The position numbers were made by a program, and so were the translations under genes. From Xylographa opegraphella (lineage: Eukaryota): a stretch of DNA of 64,000 bases. The notes below the pieces were generated by a model. It saw only the letters and a list, made by a program, of their open reading frames with translations. It had not been told where the DNA came from and searched no databases. The stretch is from positions 186,001 through 250,000 of the forward strand of contig JALDZX010000014.1 of assembly GCA_022813865.1 (NCBI GenBank). Reading direction: 5' to 3'. This document shows, one piece after another, positions 47,751 through 61,049 of the stretch (positions are counted from its first letter, which is position 1; every line of letters begins with the position of its first letter).

Positions 47751-48989
47751 TCACATCTTTCCATCCATAATCTCACCCACAACCTCTTCCGATAAACCCC
47801 ACAAGTCCTCCGCTAATCCCGGATCTGAGGCCTGGGCAGATGTCTTCATTACTGACCCATCAGTAGTTAAATACGCAGCTCTGTACTTCTCCGCCTCCCG
47901 CCTCACTTCTGGACTCGTCGCCGCAAACAAGGCCGAGATAGTGCCAGTTGTTATAGAGACCGCAAACACGTGGAAAAGCGGCTTGAGAAACCATGGGTAT
48001 GTCACGAAGCTGCCCTCGGTGGCCACCATGCCCGGCATTACAGACATAACAATAATGCTCGAGTTTTCGGCATTGAGGCGACGTTGGAGCTCGACTTTGT
48101 ACAGCTCGTTCAGCAACTTGCTGTAGCCGTAACGGATGATCTGCCCATAGAAACTCTTGGCTGTTTGGTAACTTGGGTATGGTGCGTTCAGCTGTTTTAG
48201 TGTTTTGAGGCCTGGTAGCTTAGGGCATAAGCTATATGCTGCCGAGCTCATCTGTCTCTCTATTCAGTCTGTGCACATGCACGGCGAGAGATCATTGGCG
48301 ATCACATACGATCACGATTCGCGTGTCAGAATCCGGCTGTGCAGCTGTAGCCTTCAGCACAGGCATGAGATGCTGCACAAGCACGAAGTGGCCGAAATGA
48401 CTGGTCGCAGCTTAGATGCGGATACAAAAAAATTCGGACTATCGACGTACTTGATTGCCACAGAAAGCTCAATCCCATGCATCGTGAGCTCAAAGTCTGC
48501 CGCCAGCCGGGCTGCAATTGTTTACTGTGGTTACACCATTAGTATGAGAATACCACAATTGCCTCGACCCCATAGGGCGCAAATACCAATGATATCAAGT
48601 CTCTTTTCCCTCCCCATGAAATCTTCCGCCGATTTTACCACATCCTTCGGCTCTGTAAGGTCTAACGGCAACCACACAACCAGCCCCTTCTCCTTCACAT
48701 CCGCGTGGGCGTCCTCAATTTTTCTGATAGCAGCCTTCGCTCTCTCTTCGGAGCGCGCTCCCAAGTAGACTTTGGCGCCATGAGTCGCAAGACCCTCGAC
48801 AATGGCGGCTCCGATACCCGCACTAGCGCTGCTGTCAACATATAATCATGATAGAACTGCTCAGAGACAAGGAACTCACTTGCCACCCGTCACAAGAGCA
48901 ACTTTCCCAGTCAGGTCCGGGATATCCGTATTCGGATCCCAAGATTTCCCGTATCCGAGCTGTTTGGACAGACTGGATAGGGGACTCAT
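47751..48989 (-). CDS. Short-chain dehydrogenase/reductase (retinol dehydrogenase/WWOX-like)
   Basis: IPDLTGKVALVTGG, an intron, then AGIG; GAKVYLGARSEERA, LDLTEP, EKRLDI, RYGYSKL (YxxxK) and VMPGMVAT. Confidence 0.9.
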
Positions 48990-51236
48990 GACGTGATCGA
49001 AGTAGAAAACATCGACTGTTACGAGCTACTGTAGACGAAAGCTATAAGGAGCTTGCTTTACAGTAATTCTGTCAGCTGTGGGTTGACGGATAGGCTACAA
49101 GACAGATATGTTCATACCCTAGATAGTGCTAGTGTCTGATGTAGACCAAGGTGGATTAAGAGGTTGCAGCCACCATGATACCTTGTCACTGTGAACTAGT
49201 TACCATACAGCGGCGACCTCGAAAGATTCTACATGTTCGCCGCACATATTACGAAAGATCCCTCAGCTGCGTAGCGATGAATCATCTTGGGATTTGAACA
49301 CCTGGTAATTAATCATACTCATACTTATTCCGGTTGCTCTTGGACTAATCTGATACAATTAAACCCCGATCTTTCCTCCCGCAGCAAGGACGAGCTCGAA
49401 GGAATCTTGAAAAAGTTTGACATGTGCGCTTGCAAGGACCAAGATGTCGTTGCTACCTCTAGTCAGGTTCGTAGTACAATACCGAGAGTATGCATAAGTA
49501 TGATAATTGCTTTGTTTGGATTCCTTTGCTCGGTTTGGATGCCTTTGCCATATCATCCATGTGAGCCAAATATCAAGCCCCTTCTTCCAACTCCTTGATG
49601 GTTCTCTACCCAGGTCCGAGCCATGTCCACTACCTTCAATGCCTGGACATACTTAGCCAGCGGCCTTCGAGTACCTGACTACTGAGTATCCGCCTCCTTT
49701 TCCCGCTCATCTTCCCTTCCGCCTAGCACTTCTGCCTCGCTACACAATCACGCTCGCAAAGCGCACACGCATTACAAGATGCTTGCAGTCCCGAAGCGTT
49801 CTACCCCCTTCTGGTAAGAAGGCGACAGGGCACACGCGCAGGAGGGCGGAATTGTACGTCTTACCATTTGGGCTATCACGAGAGGGTGGTCCAAGGAGAA
49901 CTAAACGGTGGAGGAGCGTAGCCTTGCCACGAGATTCTCTCCGTCAGAAGCTAATACGAGCTGGATCGCGTTGCTTCCGGGACCCTAGGATGACTCGACT
50001 GGGGTCTTTACAACTTACAAAGGGTTATAGCCACTTCCTGTGTAAAATATCATTCGTAGACCCGAAGATGTTTGCGGTCGTCGACAAGGCTAGCATGCGG
50101 GTAAAGGGCTACCCGTGCACGGGCCCCTACGTCTCAAAAGAACACGCGGCTGGCTTACGCAGGGAGAGTCATCGGCTGACTATATAAGACAGAGCGGGTA
50201 GGTATACTCCGCTATTGTAGAATATTAAGCATGATATCTGGTTCGCGGTCGTAAGTGAGGTCGGCCAGAGACGTTGGTTGGATACGATATCACCCAGTAG
50301 CGTGTACGACTCGCACAAGAAAAATGGGTAAATAAACCAAGATATGTTGTTCTTATATTATGTGTTATACATGTTGTCGCATACAGCATGCGGTATCCCA
50401 ACAAAGGTTGCATCCATAACCCCCAGCTGTCATCAATGTAGTACAAATTATGCCCAGGCCAGCCGGGGTTGAAACCGGGTCTATGGTCATGATATCCAAG
50501 ACAAAAGTTTACCAGCCGCACCCCTGAAGAAACCAAGGAAGCAAACCGACTCATAGAAGAGCGGGGCTCGACACCAATTCCCAGAAAGTAGAAAGTCGCC
50601 ATCGAAGGAAATCAAGCTTGATACACCAACAACCTCACGAAGTCCAATCCTGATTCAAATGCCAGGCTCTATATTGACGTTTTGTATGCGGGAAAAATCA
50701 AAACTCCCAAAGCGCAAGTCACAGGGACAAATCATTGCCAGCGCAAGACTAACGAAACAAAAGACACACCGGAGCAAAAGAGACGCTACAATCGTGAAGT
50801 CGTGACGAATACAACGGCTCAGAGAGAGTCGCGATTGGAAGGCAACAGGCAGACGTAAATTGTAAGATAGGCTATCAGGCATCGGGAACGATAAGAAGGG
50901 CGCATGTGATGGGATAATGCCATGCGCATGGTTTGTGGAGTGGCGTGGAAAGGATATCCCAGGATACAGACTGTGTAGGGCATCCATGAAGTCCAGAACG
51001 AAGGTCGCAAGATGTATTGGTGTGTCAGCCAGTGTTGGCACTGGCTTGCCTAGCACTAGCTTCTGCTGGTTCCGTATTCTCGGGTTGGGAGCGCACTTGA
51101 TCATTGATGTGACTGCCTCATGCCGCTTTAACAAGCGGGTCGGCCCATGCGGCCTCCCTCATGTCCGAAGTTGTACTGATCCTGTATGGTACAGCAGCAG
51201 ATGAATTCGCGATAGAGGGTGTAGATACTGGTCGGC

Positions 51237-52640
51237 CTAGATACTACGGGACTCGTACTGCGATTCAGTGTCGGAATCGAGCCTTTCCAGATACGGGGAG
51301 TCGCGGCTTTTGAAAGACGACACTTTCGACGCTTTTGGCTTTGTTTCCAGCTTCCGAGTTGCAGCAAATTGGTGATCGAATGTTTGGAGCACTCGAAGAG
51401 CCTCTGCCTCCGATGATATCAGCGCTGCATACTTGTCCTCATGGGGTGCGCTGTTGGACGATATCAATTCCCATGTGTCTGAATCGATATCTGCAGCAAG
51501 GGCATCCGTTCGCCAAAATTTGAGGACTAGACCCGCCCATGTCTCGTCGCTCATGGAGCTGGCTTGCAAAGCTTGAAGCGTCGTCGCTTTATGCCTCGTA
51601 TGTTCGATGGTTGACGACTGCAGGCGGTCCAATATCCACTTGTTGATACGTGCTCTCGCTATGCGGAAGTTCTTTCGAAAATACGGTATTGCACTATCGC
51701 TCTGGTGTGTATGCGTGATCGATCTCGTTTGATACTGCTTCGAGGTCGTTTTGCTCGATGAAATGGATGATGGTAGGTCTGGCCATTGCCGCTCTTCTAT
51801 GTGATGGCCAATCGCTACTGCTTGTTGCTTTAGCAGTCCCACGTCCTCCTTCGCGTGGTTCAAGTCTTGCATGATGCGCCTATAATTTACCTTAAAGTCT
51901 CGAATTGACTGTGGGTCGCGTGGACTTTCTATGTCATGGAGAGCCCATGAACCATCAGCAGGGCCGGCAAAATTCCGAGCATGACTAGTTATGTTGCGCC
52001 TGCTGTGCTCATGAAGAATATCTAAGAGTTGTTCTTGTAGAATATTCGTGTCTCCAACTCGAGACTGATACGCCTCAAGGATAGACTGCTCTGGCAAAGC
52101 TGCATTGTGCAAGTTTGATCCTTCGTCCGAAGAAGAGCTGTTCTTTTTGACCGAGGTTGACCACTCTGGCGCATAATTCCTTTCTCCTGATGTTGAAAGT
52201 GTCTGCGATTTGATCATGAGCTCGGCTTCATCCAAGTCTAGCTCGACACCATCGTATTCGTCTTCCGCTCGATCATAATCATACTGTAGTACCGCAAGAT
52301 TTTCTCTCGAAGATTGTAACTCGTTCCAAAGATTGTCGAATTCGGATACTTCTCCAGGCAAACCGTCTTTCAGCGCACGTCGAACAAATTCATGGAACCT
52401 TGCTTCAATTTTGCTGTATGCCCATCTTTCTTCTCGCAGTTCGTTGCGTTTTTCCTTCAGTCTCAGTCTACCTCGGAATAATGCATCTCTCAGCTCCGCA
52501 AGCCTCTCTTCAGCCGTGTGGTTCTCTTTGTGTTCGGCGAGGTAGTATGATTGTGGCTGTAGAGGAGTGATTTGCATCAGAGTTGCCTCATTTGGCTCCA
52601 GAAATGGTCCGTCCAGAGAGTCGTCTCCACTAAAGAACAT
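51237..52640 (-). CDS. Hypothetical coiled-coil protein
   Basis: A long ORF (494 codons from a TTG; first ATG at 52640) with heptad-rich LRLKEKRNELREER and YDYDRAEDEYD segments, plus RINKWILDRL. Confidence 0.7.
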   Translation of the reverse strand: MFFSGDDSLDGPFLEPNEATLMQITPLQPQSYYLAEHKENHTAEERLAELRDALFRGRLRLKEKRNELREERWAYSKIEARFHEFVRRALKDGLPGEVSEFDNLWNELQSSRENLAVLQYDYDRAEDEYDGVELDLDEAELMIKSQTLSTSGERNYAPEWSTSVKKNSSSSDEGSNLHNAALPEQSILEAYQSRVGDTNILQEQLLDILHEHSRRNITSHARNFAGPADGSWALHDIESPRDPQSIRDFKVNYRRIMQDLNHAKEDVGLLKQQAVAIGHHIEERQWPDLPSSISSSKTTSKQYQTRSITHTHQSDSAIPYFRKNFRIARARINKWILDRLQSSTIEHTRHKATTLQALQASSMSDETWAGLVLKFWRTDALAADIDSDTWELISSNSAPHEDKYAALISSEAEALRVLQTFDHQFAATRKLETKPKASKVSSFKSRDSPYLERLDSDTESQYESRSI

Positions 52641-53700
52641 CGAGCCCAAGTGTCGCGATGTGACGCCAAGTGGGTCGTGGATATGATGGTTGGACAGCCT
52701 TCGGTGGCACCCTCCCCACAAGGATTAATCGTTCTCTCCGAATGAGGCCGTACACGGTACCTGCGAAGATGAGACTCAGTGATCCAAAATCCCATAATGA
52801 TTGATCAGGCCGTGTCCTTAACGTGCTGCAGTAACATTGACCTGCTACTCAGCCGAAGGGGGTTGGTCATGACACATATGAAAAACAAAGCACAGGCAAG
52901 TGCCACATTAATCAGGCAAGGGCGGCAGCCTGGGTGTGATGTGATCCAACAGCCTAGGATATTGCATAATTATGGAATGCTGTGGCCGGAATCCGCAGCT
53001 CAGATACAGCAAAAATGGAAACGGGTAATCTCGTAGAGCGGCAAGGCGCCGTAATTTGAGAACAGGCGACCTCGCGTGACTGGCCCGATGCAGCCTGTCC
53101 TTGGGCAGCTCAACAGCGCCTGATCGGATACCCTCAGGCCTTGCTCCAAGTTGTTTGGATGTCAAACATTACACGTGTTGCCGTCGATAGCTCCCATGCG
53201 AGCTGATCAGGATTCAGTCATCCGAACATGTTGGAGCGCGCCTTCCCAGAGTAAGGTAGCCAAAGGAAGCAGAATGCCTGCCTGCACAGCGTGGGGGGGG
53301 TCGAGTCGTGGGAAGTGGTGTCTTCGTGGACCCCCACGCCTGAGTCTTCCCTTCCTGTGTACCGTACACTAATTGCACCTTCCGATCCTCCGCAGCGTCT
53401 CGTGGCGCTCATTGGCTCGCTTTTCCGAGCTAGTCCGTGGCCCGCTCGACATCGCTTAACCTTGCAGGACAGGGATATGACATTTGTGCATGAATTGCTG
53501 CACCAGATGTAACTGCTGCTCCAATCATTCCTCGCCGCACCTCCTCTTCGACTGACAGCCATTTTTCCTGCTCAAGAGTGGTGCCGCGCTACCAAATCAA
53601 TCTCCCAATATGGTGCGCAGGCAGAGCCGCATCTGGGGGTGGCTATATCTTCCCCCGTGGGGAAATCTCTGTTCCACATTAACCGTGCTTGCTTGGAAGA

Positions 53701-55369
53701 ATGAGCTCTACCTCGAAGAACAAGTCTGCTGATACTGAGTGGAAGTGGAGTGAGGAATATCGGAGATATTACCGACAAGAAGTACGTGACGGTATGTTCG
53801 AGCCTCCTGCGGATGACGACATGGGTTCGACAGGGATAAGGTAGGCTAACTTTGCAGCAAGGCAAATGGTTTAGTATCTGGGACACTGGAAGGTAGGTAC
53901 TTGGGCCGTTCGCATTTGCTTCTTCTGCCTACCTAGCTAACCTTGGCAATTTGAAACGAAGTCACGTCGCCACTACAGAAACCGTGATTCATCCTATTCC
54001 TAGGAATGTGAATTCCCATGTAAATAGCAGTCAGAGTCGGAGCGCTGCAGGCCCTAGTGGCCTGAGCGCGAGGCCACAAAATCAGCGCTACGGCTCCCAA
54101 TGCTATACATACGGAACTCAAAATACCTCTTTGGGTCAAATTTCTACCGGCCTTAGCAACCTATCCCTTGTGGGACGAGACAGTTCTGGTCAGATTGGCC
54201 ATACAACGCAGGGGCGTGACCTCGTAGTCGCCTCATCGTCAAGTACCAGCGGAAATCGAAGCCACTTATGAAAACACTCTAACGGTAGTCAGGACAGGAT
54301 GCTGCATACAGACAAATGGCAACACCGACTGCAGCACAGGAGGCGTATGCATATAGTCCACCTCAAGGAAGCGCCCGACCCGTAAACGCACGTACAGCTT
54401 CGGCACCAGCGCCTCTTCATCATGACACGCGTTATCTTAGTCAATCAATGCCTGCAAGTGGCAGCAATCGAAGCAATGGGCAGCAGATCGCACAAGGTAG
54501 AAACAATACCAGGTCTCCGTGTATGTAGGTCTAACTTTCACAGAGTACACAACAGGAACTGTATACAGACCTCCAGCTCCGAATTCACAAACGACTTCAA
54601 GGAATTCGGCAAACCCTGACTACAGACATGCAGCCACAAGTACTGAGGATGACGACATACTCAGCAATTATGCTGCACCCATTCTGAGAGGAACACTTGG
54701 TCATCACGAAGCCCTAGATCCCTGTAAGTAGCTCGAGATCTCTATATGGATCAGTGGTTGAGACAACCAAGCTTTCCGAAAGATCGATAGCCACCAGGAG
54801 TGGACGTTCTTCGTGAAAGGACGTGTAGGTCACCCAACGATCGACCACTCCACCACTCTTCTAACCTCTTCAGGTTTTTTCGACGTTGGTGTGGCAACCT
54901 GCAGAAGAGAGTCACCTCGAGGGTCCGAGCATGGTAAGATACAAAGAAAGAGCGTACGCAAAAGTCTATCGATATATTGTCATAACGCCGAAGTGCGCCC
55001 GACACTACTCAAAGTGCATGTCAGTAGTCATAAGCAACCACTTGCTTACATTGCAGCATTCTAATCCAGCGCAGCCGTATCTCGACACACCGACGTCAGG
55101 GAGCTACAAAGAAGGGACTTAACCAGAGCGAACATTGTATGGTATATTCCGACGACAATCCCCCCGCCAAGCTGCCATGCGAAACAAAGATGAACAAAGA
55201 CCCGGTACACATGGTACCAACAGATCCAACCCAAAAGCTCGATCATACTTCAAGAGTTGATCTCGCCAGAACATACCCGGTCGAGCATAACGTTAAAGTA
55301 CAGAATGTCGGTAAGATCTCACAGCTTCATTTGAAGCGATTGGTTGGATACGTCAAAGACCTTCAATGA
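53701..55369 (+). CDS. DUF6590-domain protein, multi-exon
   Basis: Exon 1 MSSTSKNKSADTEWKWSEEYRRYY. C-terminal FFVKGR-VF, RYIVI, ISTHRRQGATKKG, EHCMVY and KLDHTSRVDLARTYPVEHNVKVQNVGKI. Confidence 0.7.
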
Positions 55370-56174
55370 AGCTCGTGGTATCGACGACAGCCAACAGCTA
55401 CAGCTGTACACTAACATCGACCTGTAGGCGGCGTCTGTGGATTGTTGGCAAACATCTTATTTACGTGCATTGTCTATCACCAGACAATGTCCAAGGCGGC
55501 ACAGGCAGATCCAATTTCCAAGACTAAGAAGGCCAGATATGGTCGCCGATTCAGCCTGTGCCTGTCGTCTTTTCTATCGCAGCTTATCACCTGTTCTCTA
55601 GTACTTGCGTATCTTGCCCTTTGTTTCAGACGGCCGCTGCTCTACCTAGGGGATTTGGTCTGGATTTCGTTTCGTAATAGTAATGATAACGCGACTGCTT
55701 TAGCCTTTCTGTTGGCATGTTTCCTTGTTACGAGCAAATGCCTTGACCAGTATAGCACACAAAATCACCAGTCGATATATAACATCAGTATTAAACATTG
55801 AAATGAACGCGTCGATTGTTGTAGTAGATGAAACAGATACGCAGATTGCTATACAATTCGCAGCCAGCAACAATTGGAGACTTGACGTAGATTGAAAGCA
55901 ACTTCCGATAATCAAAAGACTCAACGCACTATTCTCTTCGTGGAACGGATTGTGTGGCAATGAGAATTCTGAGGGACGGCATGGCCACGAAGAAAATGTT
56001 TGTGGGCAAATAAGGTAGGTACCTACTTTGTACACCTTATGTAACTTATCCAAATTGTTTAGCCTCCTATGGCTTAGTGCTTCGACACTGCCGATTGCGG
56101 GCCAAAACTTCCAATCTGTCAGATATCCCAAGGTGAGGCGCTGTCAGAAACCTGACGCAACAACGAATCTAGTT

Positions 56175-58246
56175 ATGAAGCGTAAACTAAATGAAGAAGA
56201 TGTTCCGGCTCTGGTAGTTTCAGAAAGTCCGAACAAAACTCATCAAACATTTGAGAACCTAGGATTGGACACTCGCCTACTTCAAGCCATAAGTCATGAA
56301 CAATTTACAACTCCCACGCCTGTTCAGTCAAGAGCTATTCCGTTGGCACTCGAGGGCAAAGATATTCTGGGTATGTGGATTACTTGCTGTATAGTTTCTA
56401 CCGTAATTACTGACAGAGAAAGCCCGGGCGAAGACAGGATCGGGCAAAACAGCTGCCTACATTCTGCCTATTCTTGAGGCAATCTTGCGCAAGAAGGCTG
56501 TAGGTCGGAACCCAAGTCGTCGTTTGTGCCACGTTGATTGTGCTACAGACCACGGTAACAACAAGAGCAACAACTGCTCTGGTCCTTGTGCCCACAAGAG
56601 AACTGGCAGAGCAGGTGACCAAGGCATTCACATCATTTTCCGCCTTTTGCGCCAAGGATGTTAGCATCATCAACCTGACACAAAAGACACCCGATACGGT
56701 GCAACGTTCGTTGTTGGCAGATTTGCCAGATGTCGTCGTTGCAACACCAGCTCGGGCATTCCTCAACGTTAGCACCTCAGCGCTTTCCTTACAGGACCTA
56801 GCACATCTGGTCATTGATGAGGCGGATCTCGTTCTTTCCTATGGATACGAGGAAGATCTACAACATGTTGCGAAGGCTATACCCAGCGGTGTTCAGACAT
56901 ATCTGATGAGTGCAACTTTGAGTGTTGAGGTGGATACAGTGAAAGGGCTGTTTTGCAGGGATCCTGTTATCCTTGCCCTAGATCAAATTGAAGACGAGAA
57001 TAACGATGTGAGCCAGTACGTGGTCAAGTAGGTGTTACCAAGCTCTTATATGGTAGAAAAGCCCAGCTAATCCTTCGGTAAAAGGTGTGCAGAAGACGAG
57101 AAATTCCTCCTGATCTACGTGATATTTAAGCTCAAGCTCGTCAAGGGGAAATGTATCATATTCGTTGGAGACATTGACAGGTGCTATAGACTGAAGCTGT
57201 ATCTAGAGCAATTTGGGACGAGAAGCTGCGTCTTGAACTCCGAATTACCTGTGAACTCACGTATCCATGTAGCTGAGGAGTTTAATAAGGGAGTTTATGA
57301 TATTATCATAGCCTCAGACGAAAATGAAGTTCTCGGGTCTGAAAACCATCATACAAGGCATATATCCAAAATTACCAGCACAAGTACGACCACGAAAACA
57401 ATCTCGGCACAGGAAGGAGAAGTCGAAGCAGCAGATCGTACTTCCTCAGATCTAGTTGAAGCCGAGCACCCAGATGAACAAGGAGAAAAATCTACTGCAC
57501 AGCCGAGCATCAATAAAAAAGCCCGCAAATCTGCCAAACTGGATAAAGAATATGGCATCTCGCGCGGTATCGACTTCAAAAACGTCGCCTGCGTCTTAAA
57601 TTTCGACCTCCCTACCACTTCGAAGTCGTACGCCCATCGAATCGGCCGTACTGCTCGTGCAGGCAAAACCGGCATGGCCTTATCTTTCGTCGTGCCTGCT
57701 TCACTCTACCGCAAACACAAACCTACGTCCTTCCCCACAGCCCAGCATGACGAGGCTGTCCTCGCGAAGATTACTGCACAGCAATTAAAGAAAGGCAAGG
57801 AAGTCAAGCCTTACCACTTCGATATGCAGCAAGTCGCCGCCTTTCGATACCGCATGAGCGACGCGTTACGAGCCGTGACCCGGGTGGCGATCCGCGAGGC
57901 GCGGACACGTGAGCTGAGACAAGAATTGCTGAAGAGCGAGAAGCTGAAGAGACATTTCGAGGAGAATCCAGATGATCTACATCATCTGAGGCATGACGGC
58001 GAATTGAGAGCCGCAAGGGTACAGCCCCATCTGAAGCATGTGCCAGACTATCTGATGCCGAGTAACGGTGCGAAGGGCATTGCTGGGAGAGAGATTGGAT
58101 TTGTGAGTCTGCGGAAGGAGAGTGATAATCGGATACGGAACGCGAGGTTGAAGAATCAGAATCGAGGAAAAGGAAAAGGAAAGGGGAGGAAGGTAGGGAG
58201 AAGGGCGGATCCGTTGAAGACGTTCAATGCGAGAGGGAGGAAATAG
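56175..58246 (+). CDS. DBP9: ATP-dependent DEAD-box RNA helicase Dbp9
   Basis: MKRKL start, [70 protein letters not shown] and HLKHVPDYL. Confidence 0.96.
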
Positions 58247-58369
58247 TGAGTAACTTAGCATTAGATTCAGTCGCTTGTGAGTCTGAGAATAATGCAAATA
58301 ATACAGGCGGCCATTTGGGACCTTTTGCAGAATTTTGGGTAGTGTTGTGTTGTGTTAAAATAAACATTT

Positions 58370-58596
58370 TGTTGAAAGGTACGATGGGTACTGAAGCGCA
58401 GTGGTCATTCTAGCAGAATATATGGGTAANNNNNNNNNNNNNNNNNNNNNNNNNNNNNNNNNNNNNNNNNNNNNNNNNNCGCTAGTGCGCGAGCATATAG
58501 TCTCGTAGTTGTTCATAGCTAATACAACACACTTGTTTACCCAAACATTCTGCTAGAATGACCACTGCGCTTCAGTACCCACCGTACCTTTCAACA
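58370..58596. repeat. 60-bp inverted repeat pair (TGTTG...CAACA) bracketing an assembly gap
   Basis: 58370-58429 matches the reverse complement of 58537-58596 at 57 of 60 positions. Confidence 0.9.
58430..58479. other. Assembly gap (50 N)
   Basis: Run of N characters. Confidence 1.
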
Positions 58597-59025
58597 CTTT
58601 TTATACTTTTTATATTTTTTATACTTTTTATATTTTTATATTGTTTATACTGTTTATATTTTTTATACTTTTTTTATTTTATATTGTTTATATTTTTTAT
58701 TTTTTATATTGTTTATGTTGTTTATGTTTTTTATGTTTTTTATATTGTTTATGTTGTTTATGTTTTTTATGTTTTTTTATATTGTTTATGTTGTTTATGT
58801 TTTTTATGTTTTTTTATATTGTTTATGTTGTTTATGTTTTTTATGTTTTTTTATATTGTTTATGTTGTTTATGTTTTTTATGTTTTTTTATATTGTTTAT
58901 GTTGTTTATGTTGTTTATGTTGTTTATGTTTTTTTATATTGTTTATGTTGTTTATGTTTTTTATGTTTTTTATTTTTTTTTATGTTTTTTATTTTTTTTT
59001 ATATTTTTTATATTTTTTATATTAT
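58597..59025. repeat. Degenerate 9-bp tandem repeat (TTTATGTTG/TTTATATTG/TTTATGTTT)
   Basis: About 430 bp of 9-nt-periodic T-rich units, almost devoid of C. Confidence 0.9.
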
Positions 59026-59029
59026 AAAA

Positions 59030-60920
59030 TACGGGTAGCTAAATAATATAATTTTTTAAAATTAATTAATTTTATTTTATATATAAGATTTATTAATTTA
59101 TTAATTTATTTATCGACGACTTCGCGATTTTTAAAGTCGACTAAATATATTTTAAAAGTTAATTTATAAATTAATTATTAATTAATTATTAATAATATTT
59201 TTATTTCCTTTAGTTTTAAAATATTTATTACGTTATTATTAACTATTTATGATTCTAGGAAATTATTTTTTACTTCGACGATTTTGACTGCGACGATTAA
59301 ATTTTTATTATAAATATTATTTTTATTTAAAGATTTTATTTTTATTTTTTCGACGGTATATTGTATTAAAAAATATTAAATGTTAAAATATAGGTTTATA
59401 AATTTTTTATTATTTTTAAAATAAACCGCCAGATCTGCTTCGTTTAAAAATATTAACAAATATTTATTAACGTTATATTTTTTATGAAATTACTAAGGTT
59501 AATTCTTTACGATATTGTTATAAATTAAAAATATTATTTATGGTATAAACGTAAAAAAGATTTGCGTTTATTAGGTATACGGAAAAACTTTTATACGTTA
59601 ATTTAAAATGAAAATTACGATTAAAAGAAAGTTTTCGATATTTTAATTATAATAAAGGTTTTAATGCAAAATAAAAATATAATATTTTTTAAAGTAAAAA
59701 CACTTTTTTCAATTTTTTTGTCAATTAAAAACGTAATAACTATATTAATAATTGAATTTTCATAATTATTAGTAATAATTCTTTTAACAAGGTTTTAAAC
59801 GAAAATTTCTTAATAAAAATATTAATTTAATAAAAGTTTTCGCCTTAATTGCTTTATAAAATACGTTTTCAAAATAATATAAATTATTACGAGCGTATTG
59901 TTTGCGAAATTTTTAGAAAAATAAAATTTTAAATTTACGTATTTATTAATTCGATGTTCATTAACATTAAGTTTTTAAATGATAAATAACGAAATTATTT
60001 TCAAAATATTTAATTTTTATTTTTATTCGAGTAAAAACTTTCGATCGATTAAAATTATTATATAAATTAAATTAAAATATATTTAAATAAAAAAAATATT
60101 CCATAAAACTTTTATTTATATTATAATATGATATTATTTTTAACAATTTAAATTGTTCGCTTATAATTAAACGTCGTTTCATTTTAAAATATAAAAAATA
60201 ATCATAATAATTTTATCGACTGCTATAAACTTTAATTTGATTATTTTTTGTTTACATAACAATATTTAGTTTTTTTTAAATTTACACAAAAATTATTCTA
60301 AGATTTAAAAATCTTATCGTACGTATTATATTAATATTTGGATATTACGAAACATATCGCGAATTTATAATTTTTTACGAAAATTTTAATGCTATTTAAA
60401 TAAATACTATAATTTTGATTTTAATAATTACACGATTATTTATTTTATACGTTATAATAACCTTGACTGTAATAAACTTTATAATAATTTTGCTTGTAAT
60501 AAATTTGAATTTTTTTTATTAGAAGTTTTTTTAATATTAATAGCAGCGAGTTTTATGTTCTGAATATTTTACTGTTTTTATCATAATAAATTATTAATCG
60601 CTATTTTAAGGAATAATAATCATTTTAATAATCGTTTTAATTTAATAAAAGTTTTTTTAATCTTTCGACGGTTTTTCGGCCGCGTTATTTATATTTTAAA
60701 ATCAAATTTAATTATTTAACGTAATTTTTAAATAAATAATAATAGTTGCCGTGATTATTAAATTAAATTCAATAAGAAAGTGTCAAAAAATTTAAATAAT
60801 TTAAAAAAAAGTTAAAAAAGTATTTTATAAGCGAATAACTTTAAAAAATAATTAAAAATTTTAAGAATTTTTCGAATTATTTGAAAAATTATTTTCGACG
60901 CATTAAAAGGGGGTAATTTT
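59030..60920 (+). mobile_element. Heavily RIP-mutated repeat, possibly the 3' part of a plus-strand Ty3/Gypsy element
   Basis: Extremely AT-rich with no ORFs. A faint VFH-like relic lies near 60095 and a polypurine-tract-like TTAAAAGGGGGTAAT at 60903-60917. The family assignment is weak. Confidence 0.4.
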
Positions 60921-61049
60921 ATTTATCTTCAAATTTAGATTTAAATTAAATTTAATTATTTGGCTACGAATGGTTAAACGGCTTATATTTATTAAATTTA
61001 TTGATTTATTTTGATTTTAAATTTTTAAAAAACATTTATATAATAATAT

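Noticed and set aside
49250..51200. Several 100-160 aa ORFs between the SDR and the coiled-coil gene
   Set aside because: No motifs or coherent splice model were found. A small or degenerate gene cannot be excluded.
58558..59046. Three overlapping hydrophobic or Cys-rich ORFs resembling membrane proteins
   Set aside because: Products of the stop-free 9-bp tandem repeat.
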